Assembly: GCA_007126415.1 (NCBI GenBank)
Contig: SLBH01000308.1
Location: forward strand, 1 to 33,240
Length of the DNA stretch: 33,240 nt
Direction of reading: 5' to 3'
DNA from: Spirochaetales bacterium
Lineage (GTDB): Bacteria; Spirochaetota; Spirochaetia; DSM-27196; SLAA01
In this document: positions 32,184 through 33,240 of the stretch, one piece after another
Layout of the letters: each line of letters starts with the position of its first letter
Numbering within the stretch: the stretch's first letter is position 1
Translations under genes and position numbers: made by a program
The notes under the pieces: model-generated
What the model was told of the DNA's origin: nothing
The model's input: only the letters and a program-made list of their open reading frames with translations
The model's database searches: none

Positions 32184-33240
32184 CGTTCCACTGACCGGCG
32201 ACGGCGGAACGCCCGAGATAGGACAGCACCTGTTCGGCGTCGTACCAGCCTAGCTCTCGAGCAGCCCCGGCTCCGGCGTGCTGGTGTATCAAAACCCCGA
32301 GGCAGGCTGCGCGCGACGGGCTCAAACCGTGCGCCAACAATCCCGCGATGACGCCGGCCAAGACGTCGCCGCTACCGGCGGTCCCGAGCGCGGGGTTCAT
32401 CCCGTCGATCACATACACGCATTCATCGGCGGGATCGGCGACGTAGGTGACATGCGCCTTGAGCACCACAACCGAGTCGTAGGTTTCGGCAAGCTCACGG
32501 ACCGTCTCAACCGGACGCTCCAGCAGCTCTCCGGCCCTATGCCCGGTGAGAAGCGCCGCCTCGCCCGGATGCGGTGTGAGCACCCAGCGGCCGCCGAGCT
32601 CCGGCGCGTTGTCGTCGGCGCGAAGCCGCGCGAGCACCCGGAGGCCGTCGGCGTCGAGAACCCCCGGCAGCCCCGACTCCAGCAGTTTCGCAAGCAGCTC
32701 ATCGCGGTTTGATGCGCTTCCCCACCCCGGACCGCACAAGAGCGCGTCGGCGGGCGGCGACAACGGCGTCTCGAGCACGCCGCCGGCGGCAAGCGTGCGA
32801 ATAACCAGCGAAGGATAGCGTCCGGATACCGCGTTGTAGAGCTCGGCGTCGATGTATGCGGTTACGTAGCCGCACGGCCCGCGTGAGGCCGCACCGGCGG
32901 CCAGCAGCAGCGCCCCGCCGGTTTCCGGTGCACCGGCGAACACCGCGAGCACTCCGCGCGCGCCCTTATGCGCCGCCGCAACCGGCGGCGGCAGGAGCGC
33001 CTCGCGGTCGCGATCCGAGAGCGCAACCACGCCGCTTTCAAGCCGGTGCAGGAGCTGCGGGGGGAACCCAATCGAGACGGCCTCGATCTCCCCGCAGAAC
33101 GGGCGCGCGTACGGCAGATAGAGCGCCTGCTTCGGAAGTTCCACCGTGAGCGTTAGCGAGGCGTGCACCGCGGCGTACCCGCGGCGAAAGCCGTCACCCA
33201 CTCCGCTCGGCACATCGATCGCGATCACCGTGGCGCTACA
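32170..33240 (-). CDS. nnr: Bifunctional NAD(P)H-hydrate repair enzyme Nnr (YjeF family), 3' portion; the 5' end lies beyond the window
   Basis: C-terminal ADP-dependent dehydratase domain motifs (AHKGARGVLAVFAG, VLTPHPGEAALL, LGTAGSGDVLAGVIAGLLA). The reading frame stays open to the right-hand window edge, where IAIDVPSG marks the end of the YjeF_N epimerase domain. Confidence 0.85.
   Translation of the reverse strand, partial: CSATVIAIDVPSGVGDGFRRGYAAVHASLTLTVELPKQALYLPYARPFCGEIEAVSIGFPPQLLHRLESGVVALSDRDREALLPPPVAAAHKGARGVLAVFAGAPETGGALLLAAGAASRGPCGYVTAYIDAELYNAVSGRYPSLVIRTLAAGGVLETPLSPPADALLCGPGWGSASNRDELLAKLLESGLPGVLDADGLRVLARLRADDNAPELGGRWVLTPHPGEAALLTGHRAGELLERPVETVRELAETYDSVVVLKAHVTYVADPADECVYVIDGMNPALGTAGSGDVLAGVIAGLLAHGLSPSRAACLGVLIHQHAGAGAARELGWYDAEQVLSYLGRSAVAGQWNGGDE

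Noticed and set aside
1-33240. CRISPR arrays, tRNA/rRNA genes, IS elements, integrases, prophage or toxin-antitoxin modules
   Set aside because: I saw no repeat-spacer periodicity, no tRNA-like T-loop or acceptor structures in the intergenic regions, and no transposase, integrase or small paired toxin-antitoxin-like ORFs.

Overview
This 33.2-kb chromosomal window has the gene content of a high-GC spirochaete: FlaB-type core flagellins, a possible FlaA-like Sec-exported protein and a PlzA-like c-di-GMP receptor. I support about 38 protein-coding genes. I recognised no rRNA, tRNA, CRISPR array, IS element or prophage. All family calls come from motifs read by eye; no searches were run.

Gene order, left to right:
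- flaA-like 5' fragment (-), membrane protein (-), metX-metW (+), small helical protein (-).
- infC-rpmI-rplT, then a ZapB-like coiled-coil gene and zapA (+).
- plzA-like gene and a TPR gene (+).
- flaB, flaB, flaG, fliD, orf319, TM-PilZ, orf87, tsaE, tsaB (+).
- Convergent flgN-flgK-flgL-fliW-csrA (-).
- GH3 hydrolase, GNAT, glgA (+).
- MrfB-like exonuclease and MrfA-like DExH/DUF1998 helicase (-), lying between glgA and glgC.
- glgC (+), NUDIX gene, membrane protein, TM protein, nnr 3' part (-).

The core of the window is the late (filament) flagellar regulon.

Main observations:
1. An uncharacterised orf319 / membrane-anchored YcgR-like PilZ / orf87 module sits where fliS is expected.
2. 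Both flaB leaders carry a perfect hairpin that presents GGA about 37 nt upstream of the ATG, plus a GGA-containing SD. This fits the FliW-CsrA partner-switch genes encoded 7 kb away.
3. Promoter types are split cleanly. A perfect sigma70 consensus precedes the flaA-like gene, while GCCGATA-type sigma28 -10 boxes precede flaB1, flaB2 and the flgN operon.
4. The MrfAB-like helicase/exonuclease pair is wedged between glgA and glgC on the opposite strand.
5. plzA-like and metX appear to have near-leaderless transcripts, and a tandem CACGTG-containing repeat overlaps the metX -35.
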